64,000 nt of DNA from Camelus ferus. Lineage: Eukaryota. Positions 38,901 to 49,574 of this stretch are shown in pieces. Below the pieces are notes generated by a model. That model did not search any database, had not been told where the DNA came from, and saw only the letters and a program-made list of their open reading frames with translations. Location: positions 47,060,001 through 47,124,000 of the forward strand of contig NC_045696.1 in assembly GCF_009834535.1 (NCBI RefSeq). The letters are read 5' to 3'. A program made the translations under genes and the position numbers. The first letter of the stretch is position 1; every line of letters begins with the position of its first letter.

Positions 38901-41900
38901 AAAAGACTGAGTGATCACTGTCAGGTTGTAGGAGCTAAAAACCCGGGTGTGTCACCTCCATAGTTGTCCCAGGCTTAGGCCTTCGTGAAGCCTAGACTTA
39001 ACTTTGGTGGGAGACTTCAAAATTGTAGTAAAGCTCTTAAGAAACCCCACAGCACAAATATCTAATTGCTTTCCAAAGGGTATTTTCAAAGATATTTCTA
39101 AGTGAAAATGTGAAAATTTGTTTTCATTGATGTTTACTTTTCTCTCCTGTTGTTAGATGGCCTTTGTAAAACACACAGTGAGAACGTTTTACTCTCATGT
39201 GAACCTGCAAACAGTTCTTTCCTACCAAGTCAAGACTTCACAGTCACTTGGTCCAGAGTGGAAAGTGGGACTTCCTCCGTCCTGGCTTACTTTCTGAACT
39301 CCTCGCAAAAAACAGTTATCAATGAACCCCGACTTTCACGGAACAAACTGCTAATAAACCAGCATGACTTCTCTTTGACTTTGAAGGATCTTAGTCCTTC
39401 AGACAGTGGGGAGTACTTATGCAATATTTCTTCAAGCAGATATACTTTACTCACCGTCCAAACACTGCATGTAGGTAAGTTACAAGGAAGGCTGGATGAC
39501 AGGTTTCAGGCATAGCAGGAGAGATTGTGAACATCAAACAGGAAAATCAGGTTGGCATTTAAAGAATACTTGTGATTAGTATTTCTGAAAATACTATCTC
39601 CAAGGCTACTTCTGGTCAAGATGGTAGACAACCTCCTTTCTTTAACCGTACAGAAGTCCTGCATTAAAGAAAAAGAAGAAACTACTCCCAGAAGATTTCC
39701 TTTTTAGGGCTTCGGAGCTTTAGAAATGAAGAGGGAACCTACACGTTTTGTGACAGTGCGGGCTGAGTGTCTTCCACTCCAGCTTACCACTGTGCCTGGT
39801 GTGCCTCTGGGGCTGGGGCTGCAGGAGCCGGGGATGTGCAGGCCCAGTAGGAAGTTAGAACTGGGGCTCTGCTGGAAGCTGGGGAAGCAAGTCTGGGACC
39901 TTGGTGGGAAGAGTCACCAAGGACATTTGAAACACTTAGTGCATGTCTGATTCAGCTCATTTTTCACCTCTACTGATAGCTAACTGCCAAAATTCGTAAC
40001 TTAAAATATTTCTAGTCTAGTGTCCATAGAGTCATGGAGTGTGTGCTCATGAAGTTGACTTTCTAAGTGGGTTGATCACCTTTATCCTGAAGCTGGCAAC
40101 TTGACATTGTGGGACACCATGGCACCTCTCTTTCTATTCTTCATTAAAGATATGAGTAAGCGGAACATATGTTTTAGAAATATTTTTATCATTCTAGTTA
40201 TGCAAATTAGGAGAAATAACAGATTTGGAGGGTTGGAGATGCTATGTAGTGAGATTTGGAGATAAGAATATGGAGTTGTTCTAAGGTCAAGGAGTCTTCA
40301 GATAGACAGAAGCTTCTAGACACTGATAGCACTCCCTTTGTAGAGCTGCTGCTTTTAGGGGGTGAAAACAGATGCAGTTGAATCTCCTCTTTTTCTTCAA
40401 AATAGAAGTGTCAGTTTTATGTAAAAAGCTTTAATTCTATTTTTTTGAACATTGCATTCATTTTGGAGTTTAGAAAAATAATCAGGAAGAAATGATCTGA
40501 AGACCACATATGGCCTGTCTTTCTCACTAGAGATCTAATTTTCAGTTTCTACAAAGTGAAGCATCAGGACCATTCCATCCCTGTCAAAGAAAAGCTTTTC
40601 AGAACATCTCGTCCTGAACACTGGCCAGTTGAGACTAGAGGAGGGATTGCCCACATTTCCCCCCAAGGAAGAGGTCTGTAGCAGGAGCAACCCATCAGGG
40701 CAGGAGATAGGACAAATAGTCCTGGTACCCTAGACATCAGTCTTTCAAGGAAACTTGGTGTACTATTCTCAGTTGCAATTTTCTGCTTGCTGCCTTGCCC
40801 AGGGGATACTACAGTATTGGAAAAGGACACCCAGATGGTGGGGGTCATGACTCCTAGAGTCTAGATCTTCTCTATAAAGGCTTCACTGGATTGAGTGAAA
40901 TTAAAAAATTCTCGCCAAATTTTGATGCTGAATCAGCATATGATCTTGGATAAATCTCTTTACAAATGTGGGAACTGAGGGTCATGGATAAAGTAAGAAG
41001 CTAGTCACGGCAGAATTTTCTTCAGGAGGAAAAATACACATATGAAAACACTTTAGAAAGTCAATATTTCTACTTAATTGCTCCTTCTTTACAATGGGTA
41101 TAGAATTTCAGAATGACAAAAATGTGGGGAGATTAATGTTTTATTGGCTGTAAAACATTAAGTAAAGTTATATTCATGATAAGTGACATCTGTCATACAA
41201 AGCCATTCATTTTAAAGAAGAGCCATAAATAGTTTTCCCCTGAATTTGACCTCTGTGTTCTAATGCTTGCTCCTTACTCTTTGGTAGAGCGTGGATCACA
41301 AGATTAGCAGGCTCAGGCTTTGGTCACTCAAGGTCTCCAAGTTTCTGCCTTCTGGGTTCCCCACTTCCCTTAATACTAATTATAGCAATTCTAGTTCCAA
41401 ACAAGATGCTAGAAAAAGTTTGGACTCCTCCAGTTATTCCTGAGGAGCTCCAGGCACTGTTATCCAGGTGGTCACCTGTCAGCTTTTACTCAAGACCATG
41501 GCTTCTACTCAGGTCTCATCACCTCTGCACTTCTTACCTCTATTCCTCTAGGATCCTGTCTTCTCCAAGCCAAGGGTGCACTACACCCTCCCTTCACTCC
41601 CCCAAGGAAAACACTAGGCTGAGGCTGGTTTGTAGTAATTAGTTCTTTGAAAAATGTGCTCATTCTCTTACCACAATATAAAATAGTAGAAACTTAAAAT
41701 GCATAGAAAAATCACTGCCTCTCCTAACTCTCATCCCCACTATGCCCCAAACTGGCTAATATTACAGGTTTTGCAGGTTTCCCACAATAGAGACATTGAG
41801 ACTGGGAGGTATTATTTACGCTCATGAAGAACACTCTGGTCAAGATAGGACTGTTGGCCATATCTTTAATGGGTATTTTCATTAGGAAAAGTCCTTTCAC

Positions 41901-44900
41901 TAACATGAAATCTGCCTCCCACCCAGAATACAGAAATAGCTACTTTTAAAAACAGTAAACATACTCTACCCACCCACCTATACATTGTCTTTTATTTTCT
42001 GGTAAGTTTTCTTCCAGCTTATAGACTTGTTATTTGTTTTATTTAGACATAAGCCAAGGAAGAGTTGTCAGGATAATTGTTCTGACTGTGGCAGTGGTTT
42101 TGCTGACTTCAGCAGTAATTCTAGCTGTGAAGTTAAGATACATCTGTTTCTGCACAGGTAATATCTCATGGAGGACTAGGGCTTGTGCCTGGGTGTTCGG
42201 GTAGAGGTGTATCAAAGATGACCCGCAGCTGCACACCTGCACTGCGGCGAGGTGTGTAAATAGATCTGAATTTTCTGAAGAGTCGTTTGTAAAATTTCTC
42301 AGAAATTCTTTAAAAGGCTCCTACATTTCCACCTAACTGTTACTTCTAGGAAATTATCCTGAGTTAGATGGTCAGAGACACACCAAGCTGTATGCAAGCA
42401 CATCCACTGCATCATGCTGCCATTACTGCCAGTTTTTCTATTTTAATAAAAAACAAGGGATTGAGTAAATGAATTGAAAATCACATGTTATTTAAGTTGT
42501 TTTATTTGTTTTTTTACTAAAGAGAGAAATTTTAGATCTGGCAGTAAAATAATACACAGGATGATCTGAATTATCTTGCATTGAAAAATAGCTGGAAAGT
42601 AATCAGCCAAAACTTTAGAAAATGGTTGCCTTTGTACAGAGGCTGCCCCCTCTCCGCCACACACCTGCCTAGGTACTTTGATTATGTCTGGACTTCCTTA
42701 AGTCGCTGGGCTCTGTGTTCTCTTTCTTGGAGTTTTGTGTATAGTTGCTACTGCTCAAAACAACATTGTTGTCCTTTATGGGCCATTTTATTTTAAACTT
42801 TGTAAATTTTTTTTAAACTTTTTCTAAATTTTCTGCCACAAACATTTACTTATTTCCATATTTTCCAGATCAGGAAACTAGAATCCAAGAAGTTAACTCA
42901 AATTCTAAGTAAGCATGTGAAACAGACTTAATCCCCACCGAGCTGACTAGTGGCAGATGTAGGTCCTCAGAAGCTCTCCCTTATTTCATAATCTCTCCGA
43001 GAAAGCTCTGAGTGTCCCAGGAGGTTGAGATAGACCCAGTGTCCCTTCCTCTGATTGGTATTTGCCTACTGCCCCTGCTACAGGTAGGGTTATGTGATCA
43101 TAACAGACATCATTACTGAAGGTAGGATTTTAAGGGTGATAGTGAGCGAGTGTTTTGCCAGCTGTGGCCCCGTGATTCTCATACTAATAGACAAGCTAGT
43201 CCCCTTACTTGTTGCTCCTGTCCCTTGGCTGGCAAGAGGCAGAAAAAGGTGGGTGGTTGCAGATAGTCTAGTTTGCCCCTCCCGTGCAAATCCCGGTATA
43301 CTACTACTTGTGATTGGATTAGGTTCAAATCACAGGAGAGAGGGGCCCTACCTCCTGCTCAAGAATGACAGTTTAGTTTCTATCCTGGAAGTGTGAGTCT
43401 GTGAAGTCCCAGCACAGAACACCTGGCACAGTCAAAACTGGACAAAAGGAGCACAGAAGATTGTGTGTTCCCCCAGAGCTGGGGACAGCTGATTTGAGAA
43501 AACTAAACTTGAAGGAACAAGAAGAAGAGTTATGGAAAACCAGCTGCGTTGTAAGGAGGGCAGCCTTCACTCAAAGGACACAGCCAGCCTAAGGTGACCT
43601 TACAGGGAAGGAACTAGGAGAATAAATACCTGCGTTTGCCCTTCCCTGCCTCTGATCTCTGCCCCAACTGGAAACCAGAGGGAAGAGAAACGGCCTGCAG
43701 ATGGAACCCATCCAGGCCAGCTTCCCACGGCAGAGAGCAAGATGGATTCTGACTCTGGAGCAGTCAGTAAATATGAGCAAAAACAATATTAGCCACTTAA
43801 AAGAAATGTTTATATAGTTCTGTACTTAGATGGTCTGAAAATATATTTCAAGCTGTTACACTAAAAGCCACAAAAGCTCCAGGCCTCTGGCTGTAGTTTC
43901 CTATGACCATGGCTTATCTGTTTTCTTTGTAAATTCCTTTTTCTATTACTCTCTTTTAAAATGCCCTTAGTCTAGGAAAGGTATAAATTATCCCAGGTTT
44001 TAGCAAGGCCCAGAAGGAAGGCCTTCCTTGAGAAATGACATTATGCCCCCTTTTCCTTATCCATCACCTCCTTGGCTATTTTCCATTGTTTACAGTTGGG
44101 TGGAATCAGTCCCACACTCCTAAAGAGCCAGGAATTCCTGGGGTGGTTGAATTGCCTTTTCCCCTGCTTTGGAGCGCCTGAGTCAGCCATCAGAATTTAT
44201 TACTTTTGTTTCTGATGAGGTATTTCTACATTAAGTGCATTTTAATGCTGTTTATTGGAAAAAAGATGCAAAGGGGAGTAACTAAGGTGATTCTAATAGC
44301 ATAATTATACTGAAGTGGGGGTAAGGCAGAACCGGGTGTTGGCAAAGAGATTTTTTTTTTTAATTCTCTATTTTCCTGTTGAAGGATGTTCTGTGTCTAC
44401 TGATCAGGGAGCTGGCACTGCTAGGACTGCAGAAGAAAACATGGTAAGGCATTTCCTTTATCAGACCACTTTTAGTATCCTTTATCAGACCACTTTTAGT
44501 ATAAGAAATCTACTGCACAAAGGTAATTGAAATTTTGACTGATTCACACATTATCATGTAGGAATTTTATAGAGAAAAAAAAAAGGCAGCAGGGATTGCA
44601 GGATAATAGAACAGGGAAAACATACAATTAGGCTTTTCCCAATGTCCGTAATTAAACAGGCTCTACTTGCGTAAGTCAGTGGTTGCTCCTCTCATCTCCT
44701 ACTGGTATTTGTAGAGAAGATCTCAATGGCACTATGCACCAGTGCACTCAAGCTTCTGACAGAAACGTGGGATTGGACAGGAGTGGAAACAAATACGGAC
44801 AGATAAGTAGAGAAAAGCAGACTATAGTTTCTGCCCAGACCCATATTCTGACCTTCCACGCTTTTCCAGCCACTTCTAGGTCCCTTGAGAACTTACAAAT

Positions 44901-45291
44901 TATTACTTAATTGCATACTTCCTTTTGGCTGCATACCTTTTATTATTTATAAGTTCCGTTAATCAGAATGTCTATAACAGCAAAGAATGGGGTGAACTGG
45001 TTTTTCTACTTGTTAAAATCTCAGGAACATTTAGCAGGGAAATTAAAATTGACTGATGGGACCCAGACTCCATAACTACTTATTTTATGCCTGTCTTATG
45101 GATCTCTGATTACAGATGCAAATAATAGCTTCAAGCTGCCCACTCCCAAAAACCAAAAGAAAACAATTCCAGAATTAAATACTTAAAAATGGTTATTGTG
45201 ACATGAACAACAGCCATTTAGAACCCATTTTTCTTGGTTCTAGGCTCTTTCAGGCTATCCAGCCAGTAGAGGAAATGGAGACAGGAGTTGA
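26854..45291 (+). CDS. HHLA2: HHLA2 / B7-H7, complete spliced CDS: join(26854..26917,28453..28809,30013..30279,39157..39474,42047..42157,44385..44443,45244..45291), 1224 nt, about 407 aa
   Basis: All introns are GT-AG with compatible phases (1,1,1,1,1,0) and there is no internal stop. Peptides match human HHLA2 as recalled ([88 protein letters not shown]). Convergent MYH15 next door. The two tail exons are less certain than the Ig exons. Confidence 0.93.
28453..28809 (+). CDS. HHLA2: HHLA2 IgV1 exon
   Basis: Acceptor tttttag|AT, donor G|GTAAGT; V-set motifs LPC...IHWK...[22 protein letters not shown]. Confidence 0.96.
29204..29381 (+). mobile_element. tRNA-Ala-derived SINE (Vic-1-like) in the HHLA2 IgV1-IgC intron
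   Basis: A and B boxes, A-rich tail, TSD aagaatttctg at 29191-29201 and 29382-29392. Confidence 0.88.
30013..30279 (+). CDS. HHLA2: HHLA2 IgC exon
   Basis: Acceptor ccccatag|TT, donor [40 protein letters not shown]...[21 protein letters not shown]. Confidence 0.96.
30395..30575 (+). mobile_element. MIR fragment
   Basis: ggagactgagactggagtcccagg...ctggctgtattacctcaagcaatc...cggttcctcgttgataaagtgg. Confidence 0.55.
31083..31273 (+). mobile_element. Short 5'-truncated younger L1 nested in the tail of the large L1
   Basis: L1 3' end ...gctgtacaccagaaactgacacaacattgtaaaccaactatacttcaataaaaa; TSD tactgaaatat / tattgaaatat. Confidence 0.8.
33739..33969 (-). mobile_element. Short 5'-truncated L1 nested in ORF2 of the large L1
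   Basis: Poly-T plus L1 3' end with (TG)/(CA) repeats; perfect 15-bp TSD ccttttaatgtattg (33724-33738, 33970-33984). Confidence 0.85.
38010..38960 (-). mobile_element. LINE-2 fragments
   Basis: ctattatgtgccaagc; atattccaggtgaaaaacatactatgcacaaaagcacaaagg; catcagcattcaagggg. Confidence 0.55.
39157..39474 (+). CDS. HHLA2: HHLA2 IgV2 exon
   Basis: Acceptor ttgttag|AT, donor G|GTAAGT; LLSCEP...VTWSR...[23 protein letters not shown]. Confidence 0.96.
42047..42157 (+). CDS. HHLA2: HHLA2 transmembrane exon ([37 protein letters not shown])
   Basis: Acceptor ttttatttag|AC, donor G|GTAATA; 111 nt, phase 1-1; 19-residue hydrophobic run followed by basic residues and Cys. Not in the ORF track. Confidence 0.85.
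43663..43717 (+). pseudogene. Degenerate remnant of the human HHLA2 cytoplasmic segment AQLEARRSRHPADGAQQE
   Basis: Reads QLETRGKRN, two extra nt (gg), then PADGTHP; the pyrimidine tract ends in TGC rather than AG. Confidence 0.6.
44385..44443 (+). CDS. HHLA2: HHLA2 cytoplasmic exon ([20 protein letters not shown])
   Basis: Long T-rich tract, acceptor ttgaag|GA, donor ATG|GTAAGG; resembles human RCCV...GEENV as recalled. Confidence 0.8.
44455..44502 (+). repeat. Perfect 24-bp tandem duplication (cctttatcagaccacttttagtat x2)
   Basis: Read directly; begins 12 nt after the HHLA2 exon ending at 44443. Confidence 0.95.
45244..45291 (+). CDS. HHLA2: HHLA2 last coding exon ([15 protein letters not shown]), followed by 3' UTR
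   Basis: Acceptor ttcttggttctag|GCT in phase 0; ALSG matches human terminal PLSG(KV); TGA at 45289-45291. Confidence 0.72.
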   Translation, partial: ALSGYPASRGNGDRS

Positions 45292-47404
45292 CAGCACAAA
45301 CATCTTTAATATCCAGTGACCTCACCTCCCCTTTCTTCACTGCCACTTCAGCAATGGCTGGTCATGGCCTGACAACTCCACCTTTGCAAAGACTTGTGAT
45401 ACTGGAAAGAGAATAGTTACGCTCTCTCTTCAAGACCGAAGAATCATTCACATGCATCAATACTATAAATGCCTGGATGCCAAGAATTCAACTTGGAAAA
45501 GAAGTATCTCTTTCATTTACATTTCTGCTGCAATCAGCCCAAGAGGCTACAGTGGGGTTTCCACCAAGAACGCAGAAGAAATGTGTCACTAAGAGATAAT
45601 ACAAAATCAGTTCAGCTAATGATGGATGAGAGGTAGGAGCAGAAAAGAAAAGTCCTTAGTGAAAAGATGAAAACCCGGGGCCCAGAAGCCAAGGCAATTG
45701 ATTTGCTTAAGTACTGAACTCTAGTTTTACATGAATGGTTAGTATCAGTTTAACCAATAAGATTTAGTATGGTGAGTCTTAGGGCCGCCCAAGAGTAAGA
45801 TTGTCAGTATGTCTAAGGCAAAGGGCCTAACAACTCAAGAACTGACATCTTTGGGGCTGAGTTATACCTTCCAACAACCAGGTTTGCATAACTGAGTGAC
45901 CCTTGCTATGAAGATAATTTGATTCTGGCTCAGTTGTCATATTGTTTATCAGCTTTCTAATACATTTAGATTTTCACATACATTTTTATGCAAGGAGAGA
46001 ATGAATAGCTCAGCCGACTGGATGATCCATTCCCCTTAATTTTATCATCAATTTATAAGGAAGAAAAAGCCTAACCAGGATTTTTTGTGAGTTGGCTCAA
46101 TCAAGGTTTTGGCTCGACAGTTTACAGAAGAAAACCAACCCTAAATTGTGTGTTAATGCCACCTGGTCCAGTTTTGTCAGCTGGACTTATTTCACAATCT
46201 CATACTTTATACAGAGTTTCACTGACTTCAAGAATTTGCTCCATCATTGTGACTGGTGTTCATTACAAACTGTAAAGTATTAAGGATGCCATTGTAAAGA
46301 AAAGCTTTAGAAAGGGACACAGGACACTTGATGAGAAGATGCTCAGAACGGCTCTAGTCTTCTTATAGTGATGAGGGTGACAAATTTAAAGACCAAAGCC
46401 AGCAAGTGGAGGACGGCAGACAAGAAGGAGCCTGTGTCCTTCAACCCTGCTGAGCCCCTGCGTTCATCTTAGAGCCACTGTATGAGACAGGCTGGATCAG
46501 AGAGGCAGACTGCTGAGGATGACAGACAGTAAGGATGTATTCTGGAGATTCAGCCTTCTACAGTTGTGGGCACTGGTGAAGAAGTCTGCACCAGGCTGTC
46601 CCCTCTGCGTCTGGTGCTGGGCCTGACGTCGCTGTGGGTCAGCTGTGCCGGTGGTCAGGAAGGAGAGCTGGAAGTGGAGGGGGGCGTGAACTGGAATTGT
46701 AAGAACAAACTGGATCCTGTGCCATCTCAGGGCCTCCAGAGTGCATGCTGTGGGTGACCTGTAGAATCAGCTGGTGCCCACTGCCGCAGGGCCGCACACG
46801 CACCTGGCCAGGACTCAGTGAGGCTGGAGCAGGACACCAACGGAATGTGGGTCCTCGGAGCCATGGCCCTTCACTGCTGGCTCACTGTTTTGGCCTGGGG
46901 TAGTAATTGCCAGCTATCACAGTGCCTAGGGCCGTGCACTGACCTCATGAGCATAAAAACCAGCTATTCCTTCACCTCTGCCCACACATTGGTGCATTCT
47001 CTTGTAACCAACTTTAATCCAGAACCACACAGAGATAGGAATTCTGGGCAGTGTTCCTCCAGCTTAGCGAGATTGGTACCATACAAAGACAGCATACAAC
47101 CTGTCACTGAACTGAACATATTGTGTGGGAAGTTGCTTCAGTGTTTAAAGTCTGTACTACTCAGCCTATGTGTGTGTCAAGTAGGAGAGTTTTACCTACA
47201 AGGTAAGTGCCTTACTGTGATTATATGTACCTCATTATAGAGTGCCTAGAAAAGCCTACTGTCTCTCACCATTAGTGGCTAAAAATATAGATGCATGGAT
47301 GTAGAAGTGAGTCAGGCAGAGTTCACTAACTTCAGTAATAACCACTTACCAACATGCCCTAGTCCTGATGGACCATAGTGCATGTCTTCCATGAATATTA
47401 CTCA

Positions 47405-49048
47405 TTAAGGAAATTTAAAAAATGGAAAGATACCCCATGCTCTTGGGTTGGAAGAATCAATATTGTTAAAATGGTCACACTGCCCAAGGCAATCTACAGA
47501 TTTAATGCTATCCCTATCCAATTACCCAGGACATATTTCACAGAACTAGAACAAATCATAATCAAATTTATATGGAACCATCAAAGACCTAGAATTGCCA
47601 AAGCATTACTGAAGGAAAAGAAAGAGGCTGGAGGAATAACTCTCCCAGACTTCAGACAATACTATACAACTACAGTCATCAAGACAGCATGGTATTGGTA
47701 CAAAAACAGACATACAGACCAACAGAACAGAATAGAGAGCCCAGAAATGAACCCACAAACTTTTGGTCAACTCATCTTTGACAAAGGAGGCAAGAATATA
47801 CAATGGAATAAAGACAGTCTCTTCAGCAAATGGTGCTGGAAAAAGTGGACAGCAGCATGTAAAACAATGAATCTAGAACACTCCCTTACACCATACACAA
47901 AAATAAACTCAAAATGGATCAAAGACTTAAACATAAGACAAGATACAATAAACCTCTAGAGGAAAATATAGGCAAAACATTATCTGACATACATCTCAAA
48001 ATTTTTCTCCTAGAAGAAATAAAAGCAAGAATAAACAAATGGGACCTAATGAAACTTACATGCTTCTGCACAGCAAAGGAAACCATAAGTAAAACAAAAA
48101 GACAACCTATGGAATGGGAAAAAAATTTGCAAATGAAACCGACAAAGGCTTATCTCTAGAGTATATAAGCAGCTCATACAACTTAATAAGAAAAAAACAA
48201 ACAACCCAATCCAAAAATGGGCAGAAGGCCTAAACAAACAATTCTCCAAGGAAGACATACAAATGATCAATAGGCACATGAAAAAATGCTCTATATCATT
48301 AATTATCAGAGAAATGCAAATCAAAACTACAATGAGGTATCACCTCACACCAGTCAGAATGGCCATCATTCAAAAATCCACAAATGACAAATGCTGGAGA
48401 GACTGTGGAGAAAAGGGAACCCTCCTACACTGCTGGTGGGAATGCAGTTTGGTGCAGTCCACTATGGAAAACAGTATGGAGATTCCTCAAAAGACTAGGA
48501 ATAGACTTACCATATGACCCAGGAATCCTGCTCCTGGGCATATATCCAGAAGGAACCCTACTTCAAAAAGACACCTGCACCCCAATGTTCATAGCAGCAC
48601 TATTTACAATAGCCAAAACATGGAAACAGCCTAAATGTCCATCAACAGGTGACTGGATGAAGAAGTGGTATATTTATACAATGGAATACTACTCAGCCAT
48701 AAAAACTGACAACATAACGCCATTTGCAGCAACATGGATGTTCCTGGAGAATGTCATTCTAAGTGAAGTAAGCCAGAAAGAGAAAGAAAAATACCATATG
48801 AGATCACTCATATGTGGACTCTAAAAAAAAAAACAAAACCCAAATACAAATCAGAAACTCATAGACATAGAATACAAACTTGTGGTTGCCAAGGTGGCGG
48901 GGGGTGGGATTTCAAAATGTAGGAATAGATAAACAAGATTACACTGTATAGCACAGGGAAATATATACAAGACCTTGTGGTAGCTCACAGAGAAAAAAAT
49001 GTGACCATGAATATATATATGTTCATGTATAACTAAAAAATTGTGCTC
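47405..49048 (+). mobile_element. Young 5'-truncated L1 (ORF2 3' part and 3' UTR) between the HHLA2 and MYH15 3' ends
   Basis: Long, little-disrupted ORF2 frames ([42 protein letters not shown]); terminal polyA region missing. Confidence 0.93.
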
Positions 49049-49239
49049 TTCTCTTCATTTTAACTTCAGAATTTAAAAGATTCTTGCATGTAATCTTTCA
49101 TGTGAGGAAAAAAAAATCCCCATTAAACTGGGAAGCAACAATATTCCCTTTAATTATTACATTTTTCTAATCACCCTGTTTAAACTGCTTTTCACACAAT
49201 ATAAACATTTTTTAAATGTTTGTTTCACAAATTAATATA

Positions 49240-49490
49240 ACAAAACAGAAAAAGATTTATCAATACAGAGAACAAACTATTGGTTACCAGAGAGGGGAGG
49301 GGAAGAGGATTAAGAGGTTCAAACCAGTAGCTTTAAAATAAGATACAAGGATATAATGTATAACACATGGAATATAACCAACATTTTAGAAGTTTAAATG
49401 GGTCATAATCTACAAGTATCACATCACTGTTGTACACTTGAAACTAACAGAACATTTAAATCAACTATACTTCTATAAGAAATAAAATGT
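49240..49490 (+). mobile_element. L1 3'-end fragment, antisense within the presumed MYH15 3' UTR
   Basis: acagagaacaaactattggttaccagag...tgttgtacacttgaaactaac...aatcaactatacttc. Confidence 0.75.
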
Positions 49491-49574
49491 TTCACACGCA
49501 ACTTAAGTTCCTGGCCATAAAACAGTACCCGCCTTGTGCTTCGCCAGCCACTCTCCTTCATAAGCGAGGACTGC

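Noticed and set aside
43401..43592. ORF containing RLCVPPE, resembling human HHLA2 RCCVPPGE
   Set aside because: No convincing acceptor tract; the 44385-44443 exon is the better positional homologue and ends in EENM with a proper donor
47378..48824. Longest ORFs in the track (193 aa and 146 aa)
   Set aside because: L1 ORF2 fragments with frameshifts, not host genes
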